From Escherichia coli (lineage in GTDB: Bacteria; Pseudomonadota; Gammaproteobacteria; Enterobacterales; Enterobacteriaceae): a stretch of 64,000 nucleotides of DNA. Shown piece after piece: positions 41,991 to 51,866 of this stretch; position 1 is the first letter of the stretch; the number at the start of each line of letters is the position of its first letter. The notes under the pieces were generated by a model that was not told the origin of the DNA, ran no database searches, and saw nothing but the letters and a program-made list of their open reading frames with translations. The position numbers and the translations under genes were made by a program. The DNA lies in NCBI RefSeq assembly GCF_022846255.1, contig NZ_AP025682.1; one strand, written 5' to 3'.

Positions 41991-42425
41991 CTACTCCGCT
42001 AATTTGTGCCGTAGCCAGCACTGAACGGCGATATCATCCACCGCTTTTTGCGCTTTCGCCGTGGCACTTTCATGCTGCTCGCGGCGTTTGTCATCCAGCG
42101 TCAGGGCCACCACTTTCTCTTCGCACGCCGCCGCCGTCAGGTTTTTCTGCATTCGCGTAGCCTTGATGTTAGCCAGCGTTTTTTCCTGCTCCTGCCAGGC
42201 GATCACCTTGCGTAAGGTGCCTTTGTAGCCGCTGACGTTTTTCAGCGATTCCACCGACGCCGCCGCGTCCGCAGACGTTTTCTCCACCAGGTAGCCTAAC
42301 GCTTTGATATTGTTGTCATAGCCCGCGCAGATCTGTTTTTGCTTTGCCAGTTCGACGGTTTTGTCTTTGACCGATTTATCCCGCAGGCGCTGCAACTGCG
42401 CCAGAGTGTCGATGATTTGTCGCAT
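41991..42425 (-). CDS. lfiJ: Export chaperone-like LfiJ (FliJ-like), 144 aa
   Basis: Coiled-coil ORF immediately downstream of the fliI-like ATPase. Confidence 0.75.
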   Translation of the reverse strand: MRQIIDTLAQLQRLRDKSVKDKTVELAKQKQICAGYDNNIKALGYLVEKTSADAAASVESLKNVSGYKGTLRKVIAWQEQEKTLANIKATRMQKNLTAAACEEKVVALTLDDKRREQHESATAKAQKAVDDIAVQCWLRHKLAE

Positions 42426-42427
42426 GG

Positions 42428-43768
42428 TTATTGCCCTTCTGCCTTTTTGCCGTTGGGAAAGAGGATTTGCAGGCGGCTTTGCACCAGTTCGAGGGAAGCG
42501 GGTTCGTGCATCTCCTGGCGCAAAAATCGCTCGATAGCCGGGAACATTTTCACCGCTTTGTCGACGCTGGCGTCGGCACCTGCCACGTAGCCCCCGAGCG
42601 GGATCAGCGGTTTGATCTCCATATAGGCGGCGTAGTTTTGTTTCATCGCACGGGCGGATTGCTGATGTTCCGGGCTGGTGACCTGGTTCATGCAGCGGCT
42701 GATCGACTGGCCGATATCAATAGCCGGATAGTGCCCCGCTTCCGCCAGTTTGCGGGTTAATACGATATGTCCGTCCAGCACTGCGCGGGCGCAGTCGACT
42801 ATTGGATCTTGCTGGTCGTCGCCTTCCGCCAGCACGGTGTAGATGGCGGTCATCGATCCTGCGCTTTCGCTGTTGCCTGCGCTCTCGACCAGTTTGGGGA
42901 TCATGCCGAATGCCGATGGCGGATAGCCTTTGGTGGCGGGCGGTTCGCCGAGTGAAAGAGCAATTTCCCGCTGAGCCATGGCGTAGCGGGTCAGGGAATC
43001 CACCAGCAGTAAAACGTGATGCCCGCGGTCGCGAAACCAGGCGGCGATGGAGTGGCACAGTTCGGTGGCTTTCAGGCGCATCAGCGGCGATTCATCGGCA
43101 GGCGCGACAACAACGATAGACTTTGCCAGCCCGTCCGCGCCCAGCGAATGGTCAATAAACTCTTTCACTTCGCGCCCGCGTTCGCCAATCAACCCGACCA
43201 CCACAATGTCGGCTTTGGTCTGGCGGGTGATCATCCCCAGCAGCACGCTTTTCCCGACGCCGCTGCCCGCCATCAGCCCGACACGCTGGCCTTTGCCGAT
43301 GGTCAGCAGGCCGTTAATCGCTTTCACGCCCACGTCCAGCGGTTCGTCCACTGAACGGCGGGTTAAGGGATTGACCGAGGGTGGCAGCGGCGGCAGAAGG
43401 TCGTTGCCGTTCAGGCGGCCTTTGCCATCCAGCGGTTCGCCGAGACCGTTAACCACGCGGCCTAACCAGCTTTCGCCAATCAGGATGTCGTGGGCTTTTT
43501 CTTCCGGGAAGACGCGTGCGCCTGCCATCAGGCCGACCGGCTGTTTAAACGGCATTAAGTAGGTGATGTCGCGATTAAAGCCCACGGCCTGCGCGTCGAT
43601 CAGCGTGTGATTGGCGCTTTCGATGCGGCACAGTTGCCCGGTCATTAGCGGGCAGCCGACGCTCTCCAGCAGAATGCCGTTCAGGCGCACCAGCCGCCCG
43701 GCGACGCGGGCCAGCGGGATCGACTCCAGCGAGCGCAGGGCGTTATCGAAAGCAGAAAAATCACTCAC
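42428..43768 (-). CDS. lfiI: Flagellar export ATPase LfiI (FliI-like), 446 aa
   Basis: Walker A (GLMAGSGVGKS) and F1-ATPase-like fold signatures. Confidence 0.92.
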   Translation of the reverse strand: MSDFSAFDNALRSLESIPLARVAGRLVRLNGILLESVGCPLMTGQLCRIESANHTLIDAQAVGFNRDITYLMPFKQPVGLMAGARVFPEEKAHDILIGESWLGRVVNGLGEPLDGKGRLNGNDLLPPLPPSVNPLTRRSVDEPLDVGVKAINGLLTIGKGQRVGLMAGSGVGKSVLLGMITRQTKADIVVVGLIGERGREVKEFIDHSLGADGLAKSIVVVAPADESPLMRLKATELCHSIAAWFRDRGHHVLLLVDSLTRYAMAQREIALSLGEPPATKGYPPSAFGMIPKLVESAGNSESAGSMTAIYTVLAEGDDQQDPIVDCARAVLDGHIVLTRKLAEAGHYPAIDIGQSISRCMNQVTSPEHQQSARAMKQNYAAYMEIKPLIPLGGYVAGADASVDKAVKMFPAIERFLRQEMHEPASLELVQSRLQILFPNGKKAEGQ

Positions 43769-44471
43769 CCTGTGACTCCGGCGTCAGCGTCTCTTGCAGC
43801 GCGGTCATGCATTGTTCAAGGCGATGCTCACAGCCGATATCCAGTTCAGATTTGTCGGTAATCACTCGGCATTCGCCTGGCGGCAGATCCGGCGAAGGCG
43901 TCAGCCCCCATTCGCTGACTTTTTCCGGCACCGCGTCGCGCAGGCGGTTAAACTCTTCTGTACTCAGCATCACTTGCAGGGTCTCCGGCATCGCCGGGAA
44001 GGCCGCCAGCGCCTCTTCCACCAGCGCCAGTAACTGCGTCGGTTGCAGCGCCAGTTCGCAGCGGATCACCTGGCGGGTGACTTTTTCCACCAGTTGCAGC
44101 AAATCTTCCCGCTGTTTGCGTTCGATATGGGCGAGAAAGTCGTTCACTTTTCCGCTGATGGCTTCCAGCGGCTGCGCCGCCTCAACAAACTGTTTGCGTC
44201 CTTCCTGCTGCCCGGCGAGGCTGCCTTCGGTGTAGCCCTGACGTCGCCCCTCGACAAAACCTTGTTGATGACCTTCGCTAAAGCCCTGCTCCTGACCTTC
44301 GGTCATTCCCTGAGCAAACCCTTTTTGCAGCCCTTCCTGAAAACCGTCCATCAACTGACGCTGGTAATCGGCGGCGCTGATACTGGCAGTAAGCGGTTCT
44401 CCGGTCACCGCACGCTGGCGCGGCGGGAAGCGGTGCAGGCGATAGCGCCCGCGCAGTGTTTCAATGGTCAT
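43761..44471 (-). CDS. lfiH: Export ATPase regulator LfiH (FliH-like), 236 aa
   Basis: Position between fliG-like and fliI-like genes; overlaps lfiI by 8 nt. Confidence 0.75.
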   Translation of the reverse strand: MTIETLRGRYRLHRFPPRQRAVTGEPLTASISAADYQRQLMDGFQEGLQKGFAQGMTEGQEQGFSEGHQQGFVEGRRQGYTEGSLAGQQEGRKQFVEAAQPLEAISGKVNDFLAHIERKQREDLLQLVEKVTRQVIRCELALQPTQLLALVEEALAAFPAMPETLQVMLSTEEFNRLRDAVPEKVSEWGLTPSPDLPPGECRVITDKSELDIGCEHRLEQCMTALQETLTPESQGE

Positions 44472-44474
44472 GGG

Positions 44475-45485
44475 TTACTCCGCCGTCTGTTCCGCAAAGA
44501 GCTGTAGCTGAATTTCGCCCGCTTCTTCCAGCTCACGGGCGATGCCCATGATTTCGCGGCGGATCTGTTCGATACGGCTAACCGGCACCGGACCCAGACG
44601 CGCGGTGATCGCTTCCAGTTGCTGCGCCTGACGTTTTGGCATTACCGCGTAAATCGAGCGGCGCAGCAGGGCTTCGGTGCCTTTCAGCGCCACCGCCCAG
44701 TCTTCCATCGGCACTTCGTCAAGCAGACGCCGACGCACTTCTTCGTTCTGGCGGCTGAGGATAAAGAAGTCGTACATCTCATCCTGGATCTGCCCCAACA
44801 CCTCTTCGTCGCGTTCGCGCATCTGGTCGAGGATCACCTGCTGATTGCCCTGGAAGCGGTTGACGATATCCGCCGCCTGTTTGATGCCTTTTACCTTCGA
44901 GCCATGTTCCGAAAGTACCGACAGGCCACGTTCAATCAGGCGGTCCAGCTCATCCACCACGTCGCGGTTGACGTCGTTGAGTTTCGCCACCCGATAGAGT
45001 ATTTCGTTTTGCACCGATTCGTTGAGATAAGAGAGCACCGCTGCCGAGATTTCCGGCGTCAGAAACGCGAGGAACACCGCCTGCAATTGCAGATGTTCTT
45101 CGGAAATCAGCATCGCCAGCTGGCGTGGTTCTACCCATTGCAGGCGCGCCATCCGCGAGCGGATCTCATCGCCATAGATGCCGTTGATCACGCTGCTGGC
45201 GATCTCGGTGCCCAGCGCCTTGTTAAGAATGCCCTGCAACATGGAGCGCGATGCGCCGTTGATCCCGCTCTGTTCGCGGAACTCATCAAAGAAGTTATTG
45301 ATCACCTTGCGCGCCATGCTGGTTTTGACGCCGGAAAGCCGCGCCATGTTTTCGCTCAGGCGCACCACTTCTTCGCGGCTGAGTTTTTGCATCACCGTCG
45401 CCGCCGCCTCTTCGCCCAGACACAGCAACAGGATCGCCGCCTGTTCCAGGTAGCTGTTGCTCTTATTTGTTGTCAATTCGCTCAT
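44475..45485 (-). CDS. lfiG: Rotor/switch protein LfiG (FliG-like), 336 aa
   Basis: FliG-like sequence and position after the fliF-like gene. Confidence 0.85.
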   Translation of the reverse strand: MSELTTNKSNSYLEQAAILLLCLGEEAAATVMQKLSREEVVRLSENMARLSGVKTSMARKVINNFFDEFREQSGINGASRSMLQGILNKALGTEIASSVINGIYGDEIRSRMARLQWVEPRQLAMLISEEHLQLQAVFLAFLTPEISAAVLSYLNESVQNEILYRVAKLNDVNRDVVDELDRLIERGLSVLSEHGSKVKGIKQAADIVNRFQGNQQVILDQMRERDEEVLGQIQDEMYDFFILSRQNEEVRRRLLDEVPMEDWAVALKGTEALLRRSIYAVMPKRQAQQLEAITARLGPVPVSRIEQIRREIMGIARELEEAGEIQLQLFAEQTAE

Positions 45486-47109
45486 TGCTGGTGATCCATT
45501 GTCTGAGAACTTCGGCTACGCGATCGGTGTCGCTCATGGCCAGTTTTTGCAGGAACTCGAGTTTCACTTCGAGGCCAGAACTTTGTGACGGCAGGCTGTC
45601 ATCGCCGGGTAGCGACGGCAGGTCGACGTTTTTGCGCTCTTCTTCCGGCATGGCAATCCACGGTTCGCTGACGGCTTCCGGTTCTGGTGTGATAACCGGC
45701 GCACGTACCGCCGTCAGCCGTTTCATCAACGGACGCACCACGAAAAACAGCAGCAACAGCGCCAGCAGGCCGCAGCCAATCAGCCGCACCCAGGCCAGTA
45801 CGCTGTCATCTTTCCACAGTGGAATAACCGGTCCGACAGGCACCGCCTGCGGTACAAAGTTGAGTAACGATAAGGAGAGATTGTCACCACGCTGGGCGTC
45901 GATCCCGGCGGCATTGTTCAGCAGTGCGGTCAGTTGCGCAGTCTGCTCCGGCTTCCAGTTTTTCAGCACCGGGGCGTTTTGATTGAGCACCACCGCCACG
46001 TTGAGGCGTTTCACCGCAAAACCAGGATGCTGAATATGCTGGACGCTGCGGTCGTAAGAGTAATCGCGCTTGCTTTCGCTGTGTTTGGATAACGCTTCCG
46101 GCGAGCGATTTTCTTCCGTACCGTTGGTCATCTGATTCGCCGCAACCGGCGGGCGGTTGCTGAGCGAACCGGGCACGCCCATCGCCACCTGATTGGTGTC
46201 GCTGTCCAGCACGCTCTCTTCGCGGTTGATTTTCGGCGAGTCGCCGTAGTGTTCCTGGGTTTCGTCAATGGTGCTGAGATCGAGATCCGGCATCACGCTG
46301 ACGCGGTAATTCCCGCTGCCGACCAGCGAATCCAGCACGTTCGCCACGCTGGCGCGGGTTTTGTCCTGGATGTCTTTAAGGATCTGATCGCGTTTACGCG
46401 TTGCGGCAGAAACCGCCTCGCCCGCGCCGATGTCGTCGGTCAGCAGATTTCCCGCCTGATCGACGACGCTGACTTTGCTGGCGTGCAGCCCCGGAATACT
46501 ACCGGAAACCAGATGCACGATGGCGTTCACCTGGTCCATATTCAGCTTCGCGCCGTAGTGCAGGCGCACCACCACCGAGGCGCTGTTTTGCGGCTCATCG
46601 CTGACCACAAACGAACTTTCTTCGTTAAGCGCCAGATGCACCCGCGCACTCTCCACCGCGTCCAGCGACATAATGCTCTGCGCCAGCTCCCCTTCGAGGC
46701 TGCGTTTGTAGCGCACGTTCTGCACGAACTGGCTGCTGCCGAGCACTTCGTCTTTGTCCATCAGCTCGTAGCCGCTGGGCAATATCGCCTGCACGCCTTT
46801 GGCGGCAAGGGTCATGCGCGTTTTCGACAGTTCATCTTCCGGCACCAGTATCTGCCCGCTTTGCGGGTCGATGCGGTAGCTGAGCTTTTCGCCATCCAGC
46901 ACGGTGACAATCTGCGACACGGGCAGATTTTCCTGGCGTCCGTAGAGCGAAACGTAGCCGCGATTACCGGTCCACAGCACGCTGACGATAATCGCCGTCA
47001 CCGCCACGGCAAGCCCCACTCCCGCCATCAACGCCCAGCGTTTGTTATCTACGAGACGCAGTCGAAACGCCGGAAACGCCTGGGTTAACTTCTTTATTTG
47101 TGCATTCAT
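45463..47109 (-). CDS. lfiF: MS-ring protein LfiF (FliF-like), 548 aa
   Basis: N-terminal TM, large periplasmic region, C-terminal TM; size typical of FliF. Confidence 0.85.
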   Translation of the reverse strand: MNAQIKKLTQAFPAFRLRLVDNKRWALMAGVGLAVAVTAIIVSVLWTGNRGYVSLYGRQENLPVSQIVTVLDGEKLSYRIDPQSGQILVPEDELSKTRMTLAAKGVQAILPSGYELMDKDEVLGSSQFVQNVRYKRSLEGELAQSIMSLDAVESARVHLALNEESSFVVSDEPQNSASVVVRLHYGAKLNMDQVNAIVHLVSGSIPGLHASKVSVVDQAGNLLTDDIGAGEAVSAATRKRDQILKDIQDKTRASVANVLDSLVGSGNYRVSVMPDLDLSTIDETQEHYGDSPKINREESVLDSDTNQVAMGVPGSLSNRPPVAANQMTNGTEENRSPEALSKHSESKRDYSYDRSVQHIQHPGFAVKRLNVAVVLNQNAPVLKNWKPEQTAQLTALLNNAAGIDAQRGDNLSLSLLNFVPQAVPVGPVIPLWKDDSVLAWVRLIGCGLLALLLLFFVVRPLMKRLTAVRAPVITPEPEAVSEPWIAMPEEERKNVDLPSLPGDDSLPSQSSGLEVKLEFLQKLAMSDTDRVAEVLRQWITSNERIDNK

Positions 47110-47113
47110 AGGG

Positions 47114-47455
47114 TTATATCGACATACTCATCAGGTCGTTAAACCCGGTGGCGATTTTATTGCGCACCTGCACCAGCGCGGAGAAAGAGAGCGACGCCTG
47201 CTGGCTGGCGATCATCGCACCTGCTAAATCATCACTTTTGCCCGTGTCGATAGCTGTTTGCTGCTGCTCCGCCACCTGCTGGAACTGGTCAACGTGACCG
47301 AGCGCGCCGGACATAATGCGGTTAAACGAAACGTCCGGGTCGGTGGAACTGAAGGTCATGGCGGGCAGCACCGGTGCCTGGGCGTTGGCCTGCATCCGCT
47401 GCACGTCCTGCATGATTTGCGCCTGCATGGTGCTGTTGATTGTGGTAATGCTCAT
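47114..47455 (-). CDS. lfiE: Hook-basal body protein LfiE (FliE-like), 113 aa
   Basis: Small ORF with FliE-like C-terminus; 14 nt downstream of lafK. Confidence 0.75.
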   Translation of the reverse strand: MSITTINSTMQAQIMQDVQRMQANAQAPVLPAMTFSSTDPDVSFNRIMSGALGHVDQFQQVAEQQQTAIDTGKSDDLAGAMIASQQASLSFSALVQVRNKIATGFNDLMSMSI

Positions 47456-47469
47456 TTTTAACTTCCGGG

Positions 47470-48456
47470 TCAGGAGAAAACTTCGATACCGTGCTTGCGC
47501 ATGGAGGCCAGTCGATAGCGCAGTGCGCGCGGGGTAATGCCTAACAGGTCGGCAATTTTGCTGCGGTTGCCCTGATATTTACGCATCAGGTCGGCGATAT
47601 ATTGATACTGCGCACTTCGTCCGGCCTGGCCTAAATCGCTGGTTTCCGCAACAGATACGGAGGGCTGAACAGGCCATTGCAGTTCACTGTGATCGGCAAC
47701 GTCTATTTCCGGCAGGCCTAAGGCATCCGGGAAAATCACGCCGTCGCGGTTTAAAATCATTCCCCGCTGAATGGCGTTCTCCAGCTGACGCACGTTGCCG
47801 GGCCAGCGGTAATTGAGCAGCGCCCGGCGGGTAGATTCTGAAAGGGTGATATTTTTCACCAGCACCGTGGAGTATTTTTTAATAAATGACTCTGCCAATG
47901 GAATAATATCGTTCAGACGTTCACGCAGCGGCGGCATGGTAATAGGAATTACCGCCAGACGATAATAGAGATCTTCACGAAAACGCCCGGCGGCAACTTC
48001 CTGTTCAAGGTTTTTATTGGTACAGGCAATCAGGCGAAAATTGAGTTTAATTTGTCGGTTGCTGCCTAATCGCTCAACCTGTTGTTCCTGCAACACGCGT
48101 AATATTTTGGCCTGAAGCGCCAGCGGCATATCGCCAATTTCATCGAGTAATAAGGTGCCGTTATTCGCCAGTTCCATTTTTCCTGGCACGCTGGCAATTG
48201 CGCCGGTAAATGCACCTTTGTCGTAGCCAAATAAGGTAGATTCCAGCATATTTTCCGGGATCGCCGCGCAGTTCACGCCGACATAGGGTGCGCTTTCATT
48301 TTCACCAAAGGCTACGGTGTGAATATATTTTGCCACGCACTCTTTGCCCGCGCCGGTTTCGCCCTGAATGAGCACCGGCACGTTAAATGCGGCGACACGC
48401 TTTGCCAGAGTAAAAGCGTTAATGCTGGAAGCGGCAGTTGCAATAAGTTCAGACAT
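47470..48456 (-). CDS. lafK: Sigma54-dependent transcriptional activator LafK, 328 aa, AAA+ domain plus C-terminal HTH, no receiver domain
   Basis: Walker A GETGAGKE, GAFTGA motif (ESTLFGYDKGAFTGA), Walker B LLLDEIGDMP, FREDLYYRL, C-terminal HTH (NRSKIADLLGITPRALRYRL); in-frame stop 25 codons upstream of the ATG. Confidence 0.85.
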   Translation of the reverse strand: MSELIATAASSINAFTLAKRVAAFNVPVLIQGETGAGKECVAKYIHTVAFGENESAPYVGVNCAAIPENMLESTLFGYDKGAFTGAIASVPGKMELANNGTLLLDEIGDMPLALQAKILRVLQEQQVERLGSNRQIKLNFRLIACTNKNLEQEVAAGRFREDLYYRLAVIPITMPPLRERLNDIIPLAESFIKKYSTVLVKNITLSESTRRALLNYRWPGNVRQLENAIQRGMILNRDGVIFPDALGLPEIDVADHSELQWPVQPSVSVAETSDLGQAGRSAQYQYIADLMRKYQGNRSKIADLLGITPRALRYRLASMRKHGIEVFS

Positions 48457-48584
48457 AGGGTGAACGATATAAGTAGCGACATTAATCAGGATGTTCTGAA
48501 GCGTATCACCGGTGGGATTAACAAGTTCGAATTAAACGATAATAAAAATATTATTTGTTTATAAACAATGAGTTATAACCGCAG

Positions 48585-48662
48585 GCCGGATAAAGCGTTT
48601 ACGCCGCATCCGGCAATCGTGCACCGGTGCCTGATGCGACGCTGCGCGTCTTATCAGGCCTA
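48585..48662. repeat. Pair of REP elements in the lafK-lfiM divergent intergenic region
   Basis: GCCGGATAAAGCGTTTACGCCGCATCCGGC and GCCTGATGCGACGCTGCGCGTCTTATCAGGCCTAC. Confidence 0.6.
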
Positions 48663-48842
48663 CAGTTCGTGCAATGTTTTATGACGATGCCCTATATCTC
48701 GCCCGTTAATAATTTAATTATTTTTTCACCCTATTAATAATTTGCCCCTTTCACTCCCCCTCTATTTAATACCTCACCTTGTGTCACTGCCGGATTTGCG
48801 TGCACAAAATCGCCCATACCATTACAGCAGAGAAAGTAAGCC

Positions 48843-49694
48843 ATGCTGAAGTACAGTAAAACGCCAGGCATCTTTAAATTAGAAGGTAATCGGCTCGGAC
48901 GCCCCTACCATCGCCTGCCGACCCTGTTTACGGGGAATTTTGACGTGATTGATTCGCATCTGGGCAGCTACTTTCTCAAAAAGCATCGCAGCAATATCAC
49001 CTTAAAAAAGATTGGCTGCGAAATGGATATTATTAATAAAAACGCCGAACTGATGGTTTCCCAGGTCGGGCATCTGGCGTTTGATATTGATCGCTCCTTA
49101 TTGTTAATGCTGCTGGGCAATTTTTATGGTCTGGAGTCCTCTCTCGAAGAGGCGAAAGACCATAATGGCCTGCCGACCAAAACCGAAACGCGGTTAAAAA
49201 ACCGCCTCGCGCTGGATATCTGCACGCTGATTTTTAATCTGCAAACCTCCGGTATTGCGCTGAAATTAAAGATGGACAGCAGCACGGTAATTACCCACTG
49301 GGCGTATCAATTAACCTTTACCCTTGCGGGCGATGAAGAGAGCAGCTTTCGTATTTTGCTCGACGACGCCCACACCGATTTTATTTTAAATCTGATCCGC
49401 CACAGCGAGCACAGTAAACCGCAGCAGGTGGCGAAATCGGTCAATAAACCGGCCCTGATTAAAGAAATCATCCGCTCCCTGCCGTTGACTCTGAACGTCA
49501 AAATCGCCGAGCTATCGATGAATGTCGCCGATCTGGCGCAGATAAAAGCCGGGGATATTTTACCCATTTCGCTGGGAGAAACGTTCCCGGTGGCGATTGG
49601 GCAATCTGAATTATTTAGCGCCCTGATTGTGGAAGACAAAGACAAACTGTTTTTGTCGGAGCTGGCGGGCAAGAATGAGAATAGCCATGAGTAA
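48843..49694 (+). CDS. lfiM: Switch protein LfiM (FliM-like), 283 aa
   Basis: FliM-like middle domain; first gene of the lfiMNPQR-lfhBA operon. Confidence 0.8.
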   Translation: MLKYSKTPGIFKLEGNRLGRPYHRLPTLFTGNFDVIDSHLGSYFLKKHRSNITLKKIGCEMDIINKNAELMVSQVGHLAFDIDRSLLLMLLGNFYGLESSLEEAKDHNGLPTKTETRLKNRLALDICTLIFNLQTSGIALKLKMDSSTVITHWAYQLTFTLAGDEESSFRILLDDAHTDFILNLIRHSEHSKPQQVAKSVNKPALIKEIIRSLPLTLNVKIAELSMNVADLAQIKAGDILPISLGETFPVAIGQSELFSALIVEDKDKLFLSELAGKNENSHE

Positions 49695-50058
49695 GCAAGA
49701 AGATATTTTAGCCGGGGATTTTGGCCTCACCGATGAAGTTGCGCCTGTCGCCAAATCCGCCGACGCCGAAACGCTGGTCACCCGCCTGGAAGACCGATTT
49801 TCCGACTCGATGACGCTACTGAAACGCATTCCGGTGACCTTAACGCTGGAAGTGTCGTCGGTGGAAATCATGTTAGCCGACCTGCTTAACATCGACGACG
49901 ACACGGTGATTGAACTGGATAAACTCGCCGGGGAGCCGCTGGATATTAAAGTGAACAATATCCTGCTGGGCAAAGCGGAAGTGGTGGTGGTCAACGAGAA
50001 GTACGGCCTGCGCGTGCTGGAATTTAACACCCGCGATATCAACGACCTGGCACCATGA
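49687..50058 (+). CDS. lfiN: Switch protein LfiN (FliN-like), about 123 aa
   Basis: SpoA/FliN-like C-terminus (VIELDKLAGEPLDIKVNNILLGKAEVVVVNEKYGLRVLE); start at MSKQEDIL overlaps the lfiM stop. Confidence 0.8.
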   Translation: MSKQEDILAGDFGLTDEVAPVAKSADAETLVTRLEDRFSDSMTLLKRIPVTLTLEVSSVEIMLADLLNIDDDTVIELDKLAGEPLDIKVNNILLGKAEVVVVNEKYGLRVLEFNTRDINDLAP

Positions 50059-50807
50059 AACGCCGTACTCAACTGACGCTGGGCCTGGCGCTGCTGGCGC
50101 TCGCCCCGCTGGCGCTCGCCCAGGGCGGCGATATCGCGCTGCTTAACGTGGTGACCCACGGCAACACTCAGGAGTACAGCGTCAAAATTCAGGTACTGAT
50201 TCTGATGACCCTCGTCGGTTTGCTGCCGACGATGGTGCTGATGATGACCTGCTTTACGCGCTTTATTATCGTGCTGTCGCTGCTGCGCCAGGCGCTGGGG
50301 CTGCAACAAACGCCGCCGAACCGCATTCTGATTGGTATTGCGCTCTCACTCACCCTGCTGGTAATGCGCCCCATCTGGCTCAATATTTACGACCACGCGG
50401 TAGTGCCGTTTGAAAACGATCAGATTACCCTGACAGATGCGTTAAGCACCGCCGCGACGCCGCTGAAACGCTTTATGCTGGCGCAGACCGACAAAAAAGC
50501 GATGGCGCAAATCATGACCATCGGCGGCGCGAAGGGCAATGCCGCCGACCAGGATCTCTCCATCGTGGTGCCCGCCTATGTACTGAGCGAGCTGAAAACC
50601 GCCTTCCAGATTGGCTTTATGATTTACATCCCGTTTCTGGTTATCGACCTGATTGTCGCCAGCGTATTGATGGCGATGGGGATGATGATGCTGTCGCCGC
50701 TGATTGTTTCGCTACCCTTTAAACTGATGCTGTTTGTGCTGATTGACGGCTGGTCGCTGACCATCGGCACGCTCACCACCAGCATTCGCGGGCTGGGGCT
50801 GGGCTGA
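50055..50807 (+). CDS. lfiP: Export apparatus protein LfiP (FliP-like), 250 aa
   Basis: Signal peptide plus conserved FliP TM core. Confidence 0.9.
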   Translation: MKRRTQLTLGLALLALAPLALAQGGDIALLNVVTHGNTQEYSVKIQVLILMTLVGLLPTMVLMMTCFTRFIIVLSLLRQALGLQQTPPNRILIGIALSLTLLVMRPIWLNIYDHAVVPFENDQITLTDALSTAATPLKRFMLAQTDKKAMAQIMTIGGAKGNAADQDLSIVVPAYVLSELKTAFQIGFMIYIPFLVIDLIVASVLMAMGMMMLSPLIVSLPFKLMLFVLIDGWSLTIGTLTTSIRGLGLG

Positions 50808-50809
50808 TT

Positions 50810-51082
50810 ATGTTGACCGTAGACGTAGCCGCCGACATTGTCGCCAGCGGCATTAAAGTAGTGATTTTGCTGGTTTCGGTACTGGTGGTGCCAAGCCTGC
50901 TGGTCGGCCTGCTGGTGAGCGTGTTCCAGGCGGTGACGCAGATTAACGAACAGACCCTGAGCTTTTTGCCAAGGCTGATTGTCACGCTGGTGGTGCTGGG
51001 CATGTGCGGCAAATGGATGATTATCCAGTTGCATGATCTCTGCATTCACCTGTTTACCCAGGCCGCGTTGCTGGTTCATTGA
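50810..51082 (+). CDS. lfiQ: Export apparatus protein LfiQ (FliQ-like), 90 aa
   Basis: Two-TM small protein with FliQ-like sequence. Confidence 0.85.
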   Translation: MLTVDVAADIVASGIKVVILLVSVLVVPSLLVGLLVSVFQAVTQINEQTLSFLPRLIVTLVVLGMCGKWMIIQLHDLCIHLFTQAALLVH

Positions 51083-51083
51083 G

Positions 51084-51866
51084 ATGCGCACAAGCGACGT
51101 TACGCAACTGATGGATCTGGCGCTGGGGCTGTGGTTTCCCTTCGTGCGCATTATGGCGTTTCTGCGCTATATGCCGGTGCTGGATAACAGCGCCCTGACC
51201 GCGCGCGTGCGGATTATTTTGTCGCTGGCGCTGGCGATCATCATCACGCCGTTGATCCCCCATCCCATTCCCCACGACCTGCTTTCGCTCAATAGCCTGA
51301 TCCTGACGGTAGAGCAAATTTTATGGGGCATGTTGTTCGGGCTGATGTTTCAGTTTCTGTTTCTGGCGCTGCAACTGGCCGGGCAAATTCTCTCGTTCAA
51401 TATGGGGATGAGCATGGCGGTGATGAACGACCCGAGCAGCGGCGCATCGACCACTGTGCTGGCAGAGTTAATTAACGTTTACGCGATCCTGCTGTTTTTT
51501 GCCATGGACGGGCATCTGCTGCTGGTAAGCGTGCTGTATAAGGGTTTCACCTACTGGCCGATTGGCAACGCCCTGCATCCGCAAACCCTGCGCACCATCG
51601 CGCTGGCCTTTAGCTGGGTGCTGGCGTCGGCATCGCTGCTGGCGCTGCCGACCACTTTTATCATGCTGATTGTGCAGGGCTGCTTTGGCCTGCTCAACCG
51701 CATTGCGCCGCCGCTGAACCTTTTTTCTCTTGGCTTTCCTATCAACATGCTGGCGGGGCTGGTCTGCTTCGCCACCCTGCTCTACAACCTGCCGGATCAC
51801 TATCTGCATCTGGCGAATTTTGTGTTGCAGCAACTCGACGCGCTGAAAGGTCACTATGGCGGATAG
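51084..51866 (+). CDS. lfiR: Export apparatus protein LfiR (FliR-like), about 260 aa
   Basis: Polytopic membrane protein; start set at ATG 51084 just after the lfiQ stop. Confidence 0.85.
   Translation: MRTSDVTQLMDLALGLWFPFVRIMAFLRYMPVLDNSALTARVRIILSLALAIIITPLIPHPIPHDLLSLNSLILTVEQILWGMLFGLMFQFLFLALQLAGQILSFNMGMSMAVMNDPSSGASTTVLAELINVYAILLFFAMDGHLLLVSVLYKGFTYWPIGNALHPQTLRTIALAFSWVLASASLLALPTTFIMLIVQGCFGLLNRIAPPLNLFSLGFPINMLAGLVCFATLLYNLPDHYLHLANFVLQQLDALKGHYGG

Noticed and set aside
44619-45494. 291-aa plus-strand ORF across lfiG/lfiF
   Set aside because: Antisense to the fliG-like and fliF-like genes; Arg/His-rich composition typical of GC-rich antisense frames
46249-47088. 279-aa plus-strand ORF inside lfiF
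   Set aside because: Antisense to lfiF, low-complexity Arg/Ala/His-rich translation
49611-50309. 232-aa minus-strand ORF over lfiN/lfiP
   Set aside because: Antisense to the FliN/FliP-like genes; Gln/Arg/Ser-rich low-complexity translation
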